Source of the DNA: Octopus vulgaris
Taxonomy: Eukaryota
DNA length: 64,000 nucleotides
Assembly (NCBI GenBank): GCA_951406725.2
Contig: OX597822.1
Span: 74,648,001-74,712,000, forward strand
Reading direction: 5' to 3'
The notes beneath the pieces were generated by a model. It ran no database searches, was not told where the DNA came from, and was given only the letters and a program-made list of their open reading frames with translations. The first letter of the stretch is position 1. The number at the start of each line of letters is the position of its first letter. The translations under genes and the position numbers were made by a program. Shown piece by piece: positions 27,700 through 40,055 of this stretch.

Positions 27700-28037
27700 A
27701 AGAGAGAGAGAAGGAGAAAGAGAGAGAGAGCAAATAGGAATGCTGAAAGTGATAGAGAGAAAGATAGGGAGAACGAAAGACAGTGACAGAGGTTAAGAGA
27801 GCAAGAGAAACACAGATCACAAGGAAGAAAGAGGAGAGAGAGAGAGAGAGAGAGAGGAAGAGAGAGAAGGAGAGAGAGAAAGGAAGAGAGAGAGAGAAAG
27901 AGAGAGAGAGAGGAGGAGAGAGAGAGAGGTTTATATATAATAAGTTATATTTGTAATATATCTTGCTATCGCAACTCATTGTTGCCTCTGTATCTGTTGT
28001 CTCTAATGTCTCCATTTCATTATTTCCTTGTCTCCAG

Positions 28038-28193
28038 GTTTATACCACGAATTTCTCAAATCTCAAACTGGCATGGTGATATTTGATGTGAATGCCAATA
28101 ACACATGTAGAAATATAACAGGACGGAACCAATCAATACAGTTCAATCACGTCTACAGGATCCACCAAATAAGACTTCATGGCAGAATTTCAG
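28038..28193 (+). CDS. RPTP exon 4: N-half of a divergent F5/8C or F-lectin-like domain (LYHEFLK...RLHGRIS)
   Basis: tctccAG acceptor, CAG|GTGAGT donor, 156 nt phase 1-1, open. Confidence 0.85.
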
Positions 28194-28335
28194 GTGAGTG
28201 TACCCCACCAAAAAAAAAAAAAAACCAAACAGTTTCTTTTGCTTAAATAAATGTTCGTCATCGTCATTGTCATTACTGTCATCACCATAAACCACCATCA
28301 CCATCTTCATCATCATCATCATCATCATCATCATT

Positions 28336-28366
<31 letters not shown>

Positions 28367-28621
28367 CACCACCACCATCATCATTGCTGCCGCTGCCACT
28401 GCCACCACCGCCACCGATGCAAGTACCCCACCAGCACCACTAGCACTAGCACCACCACCACCATCATTGCTGCCACCAATATCATTACCACCACTAACCC
28501 TAACCCTACCACCACCACCACTACCACCACTACTACCACCATCATCGCTGCTGAGTCACCACCACCACCACCACCAACATTATCATTGTCATAATCATCA
28601 TTATCATCATTACTGCTGGTC

Positions 28622-28666
<45 letters not shown>

Positions 28667-28713
28667 ATCTATCTATTCATACACACACACACACATGCAC
28701 AGGTGCGTGCATG

Positions 28714-28753
<40 letters not shown>

Positions 28754-28861
28754 CACAACATGTTTTGTCCTGCATTCTGCAAATATCTGCTGCTCTCCAC
28801 TACACTAATGTCATTTAAGCAATCTATGTTTTTTAATAATCTTTTTTCCTTTTGGTTTCAG

Positions 28862-29017
28862 ATACAATTACAAACATCTTTGGTTCTGATAATCAGACTC
28901 TTGAATGCAAACCTACAAAACGTGTAGCAACAGAACTATTGTGTTCAGGAGACATAACTACAAATAAGATTCAAATTATGGCCAACAATTCCTGCATAGA
29001 CAATATTAAACTTTTTG
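28862..29017 (+). CDS. RPTP exon 5: C-half of the divergent lectin-like domain (DTITNIFG...SCIDNIKLF)
   Basis: tttcAG acceptor, GTAAAT donor, 156 nt phase 1-1, open. Confidence 0.85.
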
Positions 29018-29080
29018 GTAAATAACTAATTTCTATGTTTCCAACATAACATGGGTGTTTTGTTAGAACACCAGATACTG

Positions 29081-29191
29081 CAGTTCTATATTTAAGAGCA
29101 TATGGCGTAGTGGTTAAGAGCGCGGGCTACTAACCCCAAGATTCCGAGTTCGATTCCAGGCAGTGACCTGAATAATAATAATAATAATAAT

Positions 29192-29235
<44 letters not shown>

Positions 29236-29400
29236 TAATAACAACAACAACATCGAAAAATACCTTAGGAATAAGAACCCAGGTTTGAAATTTCCCCAAG
29301 ACACCTGATGAAGGCTGGAGGGTATATCAGCCGAAACATTGTGTTAACAACAAACAAGATGAGGACAAATATTGCTGAATGTAAATAATGTAAATAATGT
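29081..29400 (+). mobile_element. tRNA(Arg)-derived SINE with 3' hammerhead motif, copy 2
   Basis: A box TGGCGTAGTGG (29103), B box GAGTTCGATTCC (29146); TSD ACCAGATACTG at 29070 and 29401. Confidence 0.88.
29301..29344 (+). ncRNA. Minimal type I hammerhead ribozyme motif within SINE (also 1732-1775 and 49080-49120)
   Basis: ACAC-CTGATGA-A-GGCTG/loop/CAGCC-GAAA-C(G)TT-GTGT: stems I and II pair, core intact; each copy has a stem III lesion. Confidence 0.7.
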
Positions 29401-29989
29401 ACCAGATACTGCGTTATTAGCTTTGAGAGATTGTCTCATATAGGTGCATGCTGCGTAAAAGCATTGACATATATTGTGGGTGGGAATCATCTGCTATGGG
29501 TGCCGGAACTTACTTATCATGTGATTTCAGCCTGCAGTCACTGGATGCCTCTCATTGATGAGGTCTTGCAGACTGAAATCATAAGAGATGAGAGCTTTGG
29601 TATATGTGCAAATGTGTGTATGTGTGTAACAACTGTATGTTTCTTAGGTATGGAACTCCACTACTGTATAATCATTTTATGTTAAAAATCATAGCTGTTT
29701 ATTTATTCATAAATTATACATTTGCTTTAAAATTTAGATTTAATTCGTGAACTAATCTAGGAATAATGAATATATGCTGTTAAGCAAACATATATTTCCA
29801 TATATAGTAATTATATGAAAAAGAATTCCAAAGATGAAGTTTTAATGATAATTGATTTTGGAAATTAATTTAAGAAAAAATAAAAGAAAGAAAAATATAA
29901 ATTATAGAAACAACATCAATAGATTTTTTAATAAAAACAAATACTAAAATTATGTTTTTAATAGTGGTTTTGTTTTGAAATTTTGGAAG

Positions 29990-30133
29990 GTTGTTCCCCT
30001 GGATGGTTTGGTGAGGAATGTACACAGGAGTGTCATTGTCAAAATGGTTCTGATTGCCATCAGCTGACTGGAGTTTGTCAAAATGGATGTGAGAATGGAA
30101 GGCATGGAGAAAATTGCCAGAATATAAATTATG
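29990..30133 (+). CDS. RPTP exon 6: EGF-like repeat GCSPGWFGEECTQECHCQNGSDCHQLTGVCQNGCENGRHGENCQNINY
   Basis: Classic MEGF10-type CxxGWFGxxC...CHC...TGxC pattern; 144 nt; donor GTAAGT. Confidence 0.95.
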
Positions 30134-30904
30134 GTAAGTCTTGTTAGAACGGTATCCTCAAAGACATAAGCATATACTGAGACATACAAACACAGACATA
30201 TGCATATCTTGTTCTTTCTTTTTTTGTCTTGCAAGCCACTTGGTGACCTCACTAATGTTGGTGTCATATAAAAAAAAAAAAAGCACTCAGTTTCCACTGT
30301 AAAGAGGTCGGTGTAAGGAAATACATCCAGTGAGAAATAATGTCAAAGGAGACCTTAGAGCTTAGGCACATTCTCTGGCTTGCTAGTTCCTGTTGAACCA
30401 TCCAACCCATGCTAACATGGAAAAACAGATGCTAAATGGAATTTTATTTCAAGGCACAAGGCCCAAACAAAGAGGGGACAATACAAGATGGATATGGGGT
30501 CAGGGTAACGAATGGAATTACACTAAGATGCATTTAAAAATTTAACGAAATTATATAGCAAATGAGGGGACAAAGAGAAACACAGTGCAATGGAGTAGGA
30601 GAACAGTCACGACCCCGCAAGACACACTCCTCCACTGAGCTGGTTTTTTATTAACCTTTTATGGCTACACTTACATGTGACCTTTCATGCCAAACAGGCT
30701 TCCATCTTTTATCAAATGTGTCTGATGACAGGTATCTCCTTTCTCGCCTTATCTTCCTTCATAGAAGGAAGACAAACCAGTTTACTAAACCTTGGCCAGA
30801 AATGAAGATACCTGTCATCATCCATTTCATCCTTGTCCTCCAAATAAATGTTAAACATCAATGATGATGATGATGTCTAAATAATCATACTGCATCTGTT
30901 TCAG

Positions 30905-31150
30905 TAAATGTTGCACTTGGTCGACCAGCATCCCAATCAAGCACAAAGAAAAAACGCTATATTTTTAAAGGTAAGATTTGTCGAGACAGAAAAACATCAA
31001 TGAATGCTTCTTCAGTTGTGGATGGAAACAATTTGATCTTTGAAAGGATGTGCAGTTCCACTGAATGGGAGAAGAATCCCTTTTGGAAGGTTAAACTTGA
31101 CAAGAATTATACAATTTCTCAGCTGAGAATATTTACAGACAACTTATATC
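30905..31150 (+). CDS. RPTP exon 7: F-type lectin (fucolectin) domain N-half (NVALGRPASQSS...VDG...NPFWKVKL...ISQLRIF)
   Basis: NVALGxPAxQSS, DG and PxWxVxL motifs; 246 nt phase 1-1; donor GTGAGT. Confidence 0.92.
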
Positions 31151-32770
31151 GTGAGTATAAAAAATTTCAACATCACTTTAACATGTTTTGCATTAGTATC
31201 TTAAACAGAGTGAAGGTACAGAGACTGGTTGTCAAGGTCATTGCACTTGTGATTGCAAGATCATGGTTCTAAATCTTAGACAAGCAGTGCATTAGGTTCT
31301 TGAACAAAACACTTCATTTCACATTTCACCTGTCCACTTAGCTGTAAATGTGTAACCTTGCAACAACAGACTGGTACTGTGTTTAGTGGGTGGGTATTGA
31401 CCTGTCCACTCAGCCAGCAGGACAGCATCATTTGAAAGCTACAACAATGCAAGGAAGCACAATCTGACCAGACATCCAATTGTCTGGTTGATACAAGGAT
31501 ACAGTGATCTTGAATACAAATTACTTATGCCTGTCTTTATCTATCTACATCATTAACTGTAGATATTGATTGGAAAGCGAGTTGATAAAATGGGTAGATG
31601 CAATGTATCACTATTGATTAGATCAGTCCTACTCAAACTTTACTATGTTTTGCTGCCCGAGGAAAGGTTTGATTCATTTCTGTATATTCCTTTCTACTCT
31701 AGGTACAAGGCTCCAAATTTTTGAAAAGGGTCGAGGGCAGTTGACTAGATCGCCCCCAGGATGCAACTGGTACTTAATTTAACGACCCCAAAAGGATGAA
31801 AGGCAAAGTCTTTACCCGGTGTGCTAACGTTTCTGCCAGCTTGCTGCCTTCATCCTACTTAGTATTCTTTTCTACTCAAGGTACAGGGCCTGAAATTTTT
31901 GGGGCGTGGGGGGAAAAATCGATTAGATTGACCCCAGTGTGCAAATGGTACTTAATTTATCGACTCCAAACACATGAAAGGTAAAGTCGACCTCAGCAGA
32001 ATTTGAACTCAGAACGTAATTTCACCTGGCATGCTAACGTTTCTGCCAGCTTGCTGCCTTCTACAAATATTTTTTCTACTCTAGGCACAAGGCCTGAAAT
32101 TTTGGGGGAGGGGAACCAGTCGATTAGATCGACCCCAGTATGCAACTGGTACTTAATTTATCGACCCTGAAATGATGAAAGGCAAAGTCGACCTCTGTAG
32201 CATTTGAACTCAGAACATAAAGACAGATGAGATACCGCTAAGCATTTCACCTGGCATGCTAACACTTCTGCCACCTTCATTTCTGTATATTACTCCTACA
32301 AGAGTGGAGGCTCATAACTGAGTAGTTTGGGAGTTGAACTCATGATTGTTAGATTGCAGTTTCAATCCCTCGGCTGGGTGACGAATTGTGTTCTAGAGTA
32401 AAACACTTTCTTTCACGTTGCTTCATCCCACTCAGCTGGCAAAAATGAGTAATCCTGTGAAAGATCAGCACCCATTTATACACGCTATGGAAATCAGGAA
32501 ACTAATCCTACGAGTCTGTATGAATTGGGAAGCGGCTTTATTTTGCTTTTACTCCTACAAGAGTAATATCACATCTGAAGCTGCCAAAGTCAATTTTCTA
32601 AAAGCTAATTTTCTTTTTTGAGTCACATACAGTACTCTGGACTATTAAAGTACAAATTTTTACATTCTGCGATTGCATAAAAGACTGCTAAATTATGAAT
32701 GGTATTCAGGGTCAGACCCAGTGGGGAACCTGGGGGTACGTGCCTCTACCCTTCAAGAAAAGAAGTGTGC

Positions 32771-33853
32771 CCTTCTAAATAATGTTATTACATCCTTCTA
32801 AATAATGTTATTATGCCCTTCTAAATAATGTTATTATGCCCTTCTAAATAATGTTATTACATCCTTCTAAATAATGTTATTATGCCCTTCTAAATAATGT
32901 TATTATGCCCTTCTAAATAATGTTATTACATCCTTCTAAATAATGTTATTATGCCCTTCTAAATAATGTTATTATGCCCTTCTAAATAATGTTATTATGC
33001 CCTTCTAAATAATGTTATTAACCTTCTAAATAATATTATTATGCCCTTCTAAATAATGTTATTACATCCTTCTAAATAATGTTATTACATCCTTCTAAAT
33101 AATGTTATTACATCCTTCTAAATAATGTTATTATGCCCTTCTAAATAATGTTATTATGCCCTTCTAAATAATGTTATTATGCCCTTCTAAATAATGTTAT
33201 TACATCCTTCTAAATAATGTTATTACATCCTTCTAAATAATGTTATTACATCCTTCTAAATAATGTTATTACACCCTTCTAAATAATATTATTATGCTCT
33301 TCGAAATAGTGTTATTACATCCTTCTAGATAATGTTATTACATCCTTCTAGATAATGTTATTTCGTCCTTCTAAATAGTGTTATTACATCCTTCTAAATA
33401 ATGTTATTACATCCTTCTAAATAATGTTATTACATCCTTCTAAATAATGTTATTACACCCTTCTAAATAATATTATTATGCTCTTCAAAATAGTGTTATT
33501 ACATCCTTCTAGATAATGTTATTACATCCTTCTAGATAATGTTATTTCGTCCTTCTAAATAATATTATTATGCTCTTCTAAATAGTGTTATTACATCCTT
33601 CAAGATAATGTTATTATGCCCTTCTAGATAATGTTATTTCGTCCTTCTAAATAATATTATTATGCTCTTCTAAATAGTGTTATTACATCCTTCTAGATAA
33701 TGTTATTATGTCCTTCTAGATAATGTTATTTCGTCCTTCTAAATAATATTATTATGCTCTTCTAAATAGTGTTATTACATCCTTCTAAATAATGTTATTT
33801 TGTCCTTCTAAATAATATTATCATGCTCTTCTAAATAATGTTATTATGCCCTT
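32771..33853. repeat. 23-bp minisatellite (CCTTCTAAATAATGTTATTA TGC/CAT), about 47 units
   Basis: Direct periodicity of 23. Confidence 0.97.
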
Positions 33854-34123
33854 TTCTCCTGGAATGGCATTCCCTTCTGACCTTGTGCCTCCCTTCTAAA
33901 AATTCCAGGGACATCACCTGGTATTCTTGGTTGTCATTTCCTTGTCTATCATTAATGCATTTGAAGAAGATTAAGTTGAAAGCTCCCTTAAAGGGTTAGG
34001 CAAAAAGACCATCCTCTTGTCAAACAATGCCTCATCTTCCCACAAAGATATTTGTCTTTGTATAAATGTCAAAATTAATCATTGAAGTAATCTTGGGTAT
34101 GTTTCTGCATTTTTGATTCATAG

Positions 34124-34294
34124 AATTGACTGTGTACATTGGTAACAACACGAAGCCATGTTTTCAACGTCCAAAGAATCATAAAGAACTGAGCTTGGAT
34201 ATTATGTGTAGAGAACCACAGATTGGAGATTCTGTGACCATAGCAATCAATGCTGGGTCTGCCATCTTGAGTCTTTGTGAAGTTGAAGTTCTAC
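34124..34294 (+). CDS. RPTP exon 8: F-type lectin C-half ending LSLCEVEVL
   Basis: LxLCEVEV terminal motif; 171 nt phase 1-1; donor GTAAGT. Confidence 0.93.
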
Positions 34295-35946
34295 GTAAGT
34301 GACGTTTCGTATTTCATGATCACCATTACTGCTATCTCCTTCTTGAACACCATCAACCAACGCCACCATCAACCAGCGCCACCACCACCACCACAACCAC
34401 CACCACCACTACCACCACCACAACCACCACAACCACCACAACCACCACCACCACCACCACCACCACCTCCACTGCCGCCGCTGCCACCACCACCACTACC
34501 AACACTGCTAACACCACCACCACTGCCACCAAAACTGCTGCCATCATCATCATCATTATAGTCATCATTGTCGTAGTCGTCGTCATCATCATTTAATGTC
34601 TGTTTTCCATGCTGGCATGGGTTGGATGGTTTTGACTGGAGCTGGCAAGCCAGAGGACCATACTGAGCTCTGCTGTCTATTTGGCATAGTTTTTTTTATG
34701 GCTGGATGCCCTTCCCAATGCCAACCACCTTACAATTTGGACTGGGTGCTTTTTACATGACACCAGAGAGGCACACTAATATCAAATGCTCTACATCTTA
34801 GGATGTGCTTCTCCTCCGGATTTATGTTTTTCTACAAACAATCCCTTTTGCTCCCTGGCCAGAGTTTTTCACAGAGACCATGCAGTTTCTGTTAAATAGC
34901 TGACCAGCACTGTGCTTCTACATATTTTACGGAAACTACAGGTGTCTCATAAATATGGAACGATTAGACCGTGGATTCTAGTGGGGCATTTCCTTGTCCA
35001 TATTTTGAAGAGGTCTTAAACCAACAGGTTTGGAGTCAGACAACCCCATAAACTGGCCTCCCCCATTAGAATGTTAGCTGCTCTACATCTTAGAGTGAGC
35101 TTCTTCTCTGGATTTATGTTTTTCTACAGGCTATATACCTGTTGTAATTTAGTCCTCCATAGTCTGATATGATATTTCGGAATAAAATTCCTTCTTCAGA
35201 TATTCTAAGATGGAGTCGCTGCTATAATCGGTTTTCCATTGGCTTTTCTTCTTTATTATTTGCTGTTGATCTTAGGCTGACACTTACTTACTTGTCCAGC
35301 AGACGAATAATGGAGTATTGTAATAATAGCACTAAAAATATATAACTTCTGTGAAGAATCATTGACTAAGAGACTCCTGATCTAAAACTTAAAAGGTTAT
35401 CATGGTAAACATTGTTTGTAGCCACATCTCGTTAACAAAAACTTAGAAATAAAAATATTAAAATATTATCTGCTCTACATCTTAGAGAGAGCTTCTTCTC
35501 TGGATTCATGCTTTTCTACAAATAACTCGTTTTTGTGGAATTCTCTTATGCTCCTTGGACTCTAACCAACCATGGTTTTTATGAAACAAACTATTTTGAC
35601 ATAGTTTTAATTGAGGGGAGTAAAAACACGCTTTAGTAATTTATTTTGATTACTTATTTTTAGTTGATTGTAGATACCATTTCTTGATAGGCCATTCTAT
35701 ATATTTGTATTTTTAGTTGCATATATATTTTTACCTTCTGTGTTTTTTTATATATGTATTCTTTTATATGTTGGATACCATGGTAATATTAAAATATGAT
35801 CAAATGTATGGAAGCGCGGTGTTATATAAAGTCATTGACTTGAATTTGATGTTTGTTCTCTAATCAATGTTTTATATATATATATATGTATATATTATCA
35901 TCATTGTTTAATGTCTGCTTTCCATGCTGAGATGGACTGGATGGAA

Positions 35947-36077
<131 letters not shown>

Positions 36078-36429
36078 GCTAAGAGCACCATTCAAGCGTG
36101 ATTGTTGCCAGAGCAGCAAACAGGCTTCCTTGCTGGTGGCACGTAAAAGCACCCACTACACTCTTGGAGTGGTTGGTGTTAGGAAGGGCATCCAGCTGTA
36201 GAAACTCTGCCAGATCAGATTGGAGCCTGGTGCAGCCATCTGGTTTGCCAGTCCTCAGTCAAATCGTCCAACCCATGCTAGCATGGAAAACAGATGTTAA
36301 ACGATGATGATGATGATGATAATGATGATGTCTGGAAACCTTATGATGCTACCTCATATATTATTAATAAGTTTGGAGTGTAGAATATTGATAATGAAAT
36401 TTACTAAATTTCAAATATTTACATTACAG

Positions 36430-36546
36430 AATGTTTACCAGGGTTTTATGGGAATCTTTGCCATTCAAGATGCAACTGTCAACAAAAAGAATGTGATCAA
36501 ATCACGGGTTTATGCATCTATGATGCATGTCAGGCACAGCTAGCAG
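36430..36546 (+). CDS. RPTP exon 9: EGF-like CLPGFYGNLCHSRCNCQQKECDQITGLC
   Basis: EGF Cys pattern; 117 nt phase 1-1; CAG|GTAAAC donor. Confidence 0.93.
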
Positions 36547-37615
36547 GTAAACTGTTTTATTTCTTTTGTTAGTTCAAAATTTACTTGGCCTTGTTTTACA
36601 GAAATTGAGCTTTCCACAATGTTATGAATAAAATAAATTTTAAAAAAAATGAAGTGTTGCTGTGTGGTTAGCTTCCCAACCACATGGTTCCAGGTTCAGT
36701 CCTACTATGTGGCACCTTGGGCAAGTGTCTTCTATATATAACCTCAGACTGAACAAAGCCTTGTCAGTGGATTTGGATTGACAGAAACTGAAAGAAACCC
36801 ATCATGTGTGTGCGTGTGTGTGCATGTGTGCTTGTCTTCCCCACCACTATTTGATAAAAACTCTTGTTGTGTTTATGTCCTTGTAACTTTACAGTTTGGC
36901 AAAAGAGATCAATAAAATAAGTATTAGGCTTTAAAAGAAAGAAAATAAGTCCTGAGGTTGATTCATTTGATTAATAATTCTGCAAGGTGGTGCCCCAGCA
37001 TGGCCACAGTCTAATGATTGAAATAAGTAAAAAAGAAAGATCAAACATACTGCAGCAGCAGCAGCAGTAGTTGTAGCTGCAGCAGCAGCAGTACTAGCAA
37101 TAATTGTGTTGTTGTTGTTATTGTTGTTATCATTGTACAGCCCTTCAATCAGCTCCTAGTACAATCGGGTGCTGAGAAGTTCCTGGCTTTAAGGGTATCA
37201 CGAAAGGCCTGGGTGGAGGCCCAACTTTTCAAGTTCTTTTACTGGGCTTTTGAAAACTTAAGACCACTTCCATAAGTGTGTGAATCTGAGAGGGGATTAT
37301 GCTGAATAAAAAACTAAGTTGGGATTGTCACATCTGGAATGCTTCTGATAAATTATATTCTTACACAATCAGGGTTGACTTAATTTAAAATTACAACCAC
37401 ATGGTTCCTTACTCCTTCTCACTTGCCCAGTGTTCCATGTAGCAGGACTGAACCCAGAACCGTGTGGCTGGGAAGCAAACTTCTTACCACACAGCCACTT
37501 CCTTACACAACATGACCCCTCTGATTACAAATCTTTTCCAAAGTTCTTTGAAATATTTTAGATTTAAAACAAATTCATTCCATATTGGCTGATTCTATTT
37601 TGATTTTGCTTTCAG

Positions 37616-37688
37616 AATCATTCTTGCAAGCGGATTCACTTATTGTAGTTTGTGTAATTTTGCTGGTGATTTGTCTGGTCATGATATA
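37616..37688 (+). CDS. RPTP exon 10: transmembrane helix LIVVCVILLVICLVMIY
   Basis: Hydrophobic stretch; ctttcAG acceptor and GTAAGT donor; phase 1-2. Confidence 0.88.
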
Positions 37689-37794
37689 GTAAGTAGATTT
37701 GCCTTTTTCTACTCTTTTACTGGTTTCAATCCCTGGATTGTGACCATGCTGGGGAAATGCCTTCAAGAGGCTTTTGCTGATCCTAATGACTCCC

Positions 37795-38085
37795 GTAGGC
37801 AAAGTGGTTGAGTTCCTTTCAAGTGTTGGGCCTCACAGAGGCAAGGTGGCTGAATTCCTTTTGAGAGGGCCTCACAGAGGCGAGGTGGCTGAATTCCTTT
37901 TGAGTGGGCCTCACAGAGGCAAGGTGACTGAATTCCTTTTGAGAGGGCCTCACGGAGGCGAGGTGGCTGAATTCCTTTTGAGTGGGCCTCACAGAGTGAG
38001 GTGACTGAGTTCCTTTCGAGCAGGCCTCACGGAGGTGAAGTGGCTGAATTCCTTTTCAGTGGGCCTCACAGAGTGAGGTGGCTGG
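37795..38085. repeat. 39-bp tandem repeat, about 7 units
   Basis: GGGCCTCACAGAGGCAAGGTGGCTGAATTCCTTTTGA unit; related to SINE-internal repeats elsewhere. Confidence 0.9.
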
Positions 38086-38625
38086 GCAAACAGCAAAAGA
38101 GACGAAAAACAGAATCATTGCAAAGACTGATTTCAAATTTTGGCACAAGGCCAGTAACATTTTGAGGTGAAGAGATTTTATCAACCCCAAAAAGATGAAA
38201 TCTTCAGCGGGATTTGAACCCACACCAATAAAATGCGACAAAGCATTTTGCCAAGAATGTTAACGATTCTACCTTCTCACTGCCTTAATTAACAAATATT
38301 AATTAAACAATATAGTACATTCTTTCTCAATCAAAAATAAATAAATAAAATATTTAGCAAAAGGAAAATTCATTTCTCAGCTGTTACTGTATTTATTTTG
38401 AGATGCTCTGTGTTTCTTTCAATTACTTTAAATATAACAAAAATTTAGTAAAATAACTTAGTTATCATTAAGCTAGTGTTAGGAACATAAATTGTGATTA
38501 AGGTTTGGTGGAAGATTTTAATTCAAAACTTATGAAAACAAGACATTTGTACTCAGAGCAAGAGCTGGTTTCAGTCTGGTCAGTAATGAAAGGTTTAAGA
38601 ATTGTTTCTCTATTATATATTTTAA

Positions 38626-38846
38626 CCCTTTTGTTATCATATATCTGTTGAGATGCTCTGTGTTTCTTTCAATTAATTTTAAATATAACAAAGGATTTAG
38701 TAAAATATCTTAGTTATCTTTAAGCTAGTGTTAGAAACATAAATTGTGACTAAGGTTTGATGGAAGGTTCTAATTCAAAACTTATGAAAACCAGACATTT
38801 GTACTCAGAGCCAGAGCCGGTTTCAGCCAAGTTAGTAACAAAAGGG
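38626..38846. mobile_element. piggyBac-like MITE; truncated tandem copy at about 38383-38597
   Basis: TTAA|CCCTTTTGTTA ... TAACAAAAGGG|TTAA. Confidence 0.78.
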
Positions 38847-38935
38847 TTAATATAACAAATTCTGGAGTTCAGCATTAGCTGTATGATTCCATGTTTTTTG
38901 CCAGCATTCATCTTCATCTTATTTTTGTTTTACAG

Positions 38936-39006
38936 TAAGTATTGCAAAATTAAGAAATATACAGCCTGTAAGAAACGACTATCAGAGGTCACTTTAGTAA
39001 GTTCAG
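38936..39006 (+). CDS. RPTP exon 11: basic juxtamembrane segment KYCKIKKYTACKKRLSEVTLVSS
   Basis: Phase 2-1 fits neighbours; positive-inside cluster; CAG|GTAAGA donor. Confidence 0.85.
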
Positions 39007-39365
39007 GTAAGAAATCATATTTCTTTATTTGATATTATGAAATTGTATAACTAGTGCCCATGTTAGTGGCATGTAAAAAAGAATCTTTCAAGCGTTGGGT
39101 CTCACAGAGACAATGACAAATGACCGAGGCCTTTAGCATTATGCCATGCTTGTGGAGAAGATCCATCAAGCCAAGTGAAATCACATTTGTGGCAGTTATT
39201 CGTGCCACACAACTGGCACCTGTGCCAGTGGCATGTAATAGCCATTACACTCTCAGAGTAGAAACCATGCCTGGTGCAACCTCTCAGCTTACCAGCCCTT
39301 GTCAAACTGTCCACCCCATGCCAGCATGGACAACGAACATTAAATAACGACGACGACGACGACGT

Positions 39366-39396
<31 letters not shown>

Positions 39397-39654
39397 ATTG
39401 CTTCCATGTACGGAGATACCATGAGCAGAGATCTTCACTATGCATATAGCCATCTTTGTTCATCATCATTTTATTCCTCACTCATCTGGGTAACAGTAAA
39501 TTCAGTTGTGAACTGTGTTATGGTTAGCTTGTCCACATAACACCGTAAGGAGCACAGGGCTAGTCTAGCAGTCTTTCTGGTGTACATATTCTTCCCTGGA
39601 TGGGATGCTAGTCTGTCATAGGATTATTCATTTTTACTGAGTGGACTGGAGCAA

Positions 39655-40019
39655 CATGAAATGAAGAACACAATGCATTGCCCAGTCCAGGAATTGAAAC
39701 CACAATATTACAGTCATGAGTCCAACACCTTAACCACTAAGTCATGCACTGCCACAGCAATGTGAAAGGAAGTGTTTTGCTTAAGAACACAATGCATTGC
39801 CCAGTCCAGGAATTGAAACCACAGTCTTACAATCATGAGTCCAACACCTTAACCACTTAGTCATGTGCCTCCACAGCAATGTGAAATGAAGTATTTTGCT
39901 TAAGAACGCAATGCATTGCCCAGTCCAGGAATTGAAACCACAATATTACAGTCATGAGTCCAACACCTTAACCACTAAGTCATGCACTGCCACTGCAATC
40001 ACGAGTCCAATGTGAAATG

Positions 40020-40022
<3 letters not shown>
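39655..40022 (-). repeat. Three tandem 119-bp copies of a SINE tRNA head (two copies also at about 26240-26470)
   Basis: CAATGCATTGCCCAGTCCAGGAATTGAAACC at 39671, 39790 and 39909. Confidence 0.88.

Positions 40023-40055
<33 letters not shown>

Noticed and set aside
32771-33853. CRISPR-like array
   Set aside because: Head-to-tail repeats with no unique spacers, no cas genes, eukaryotic intron
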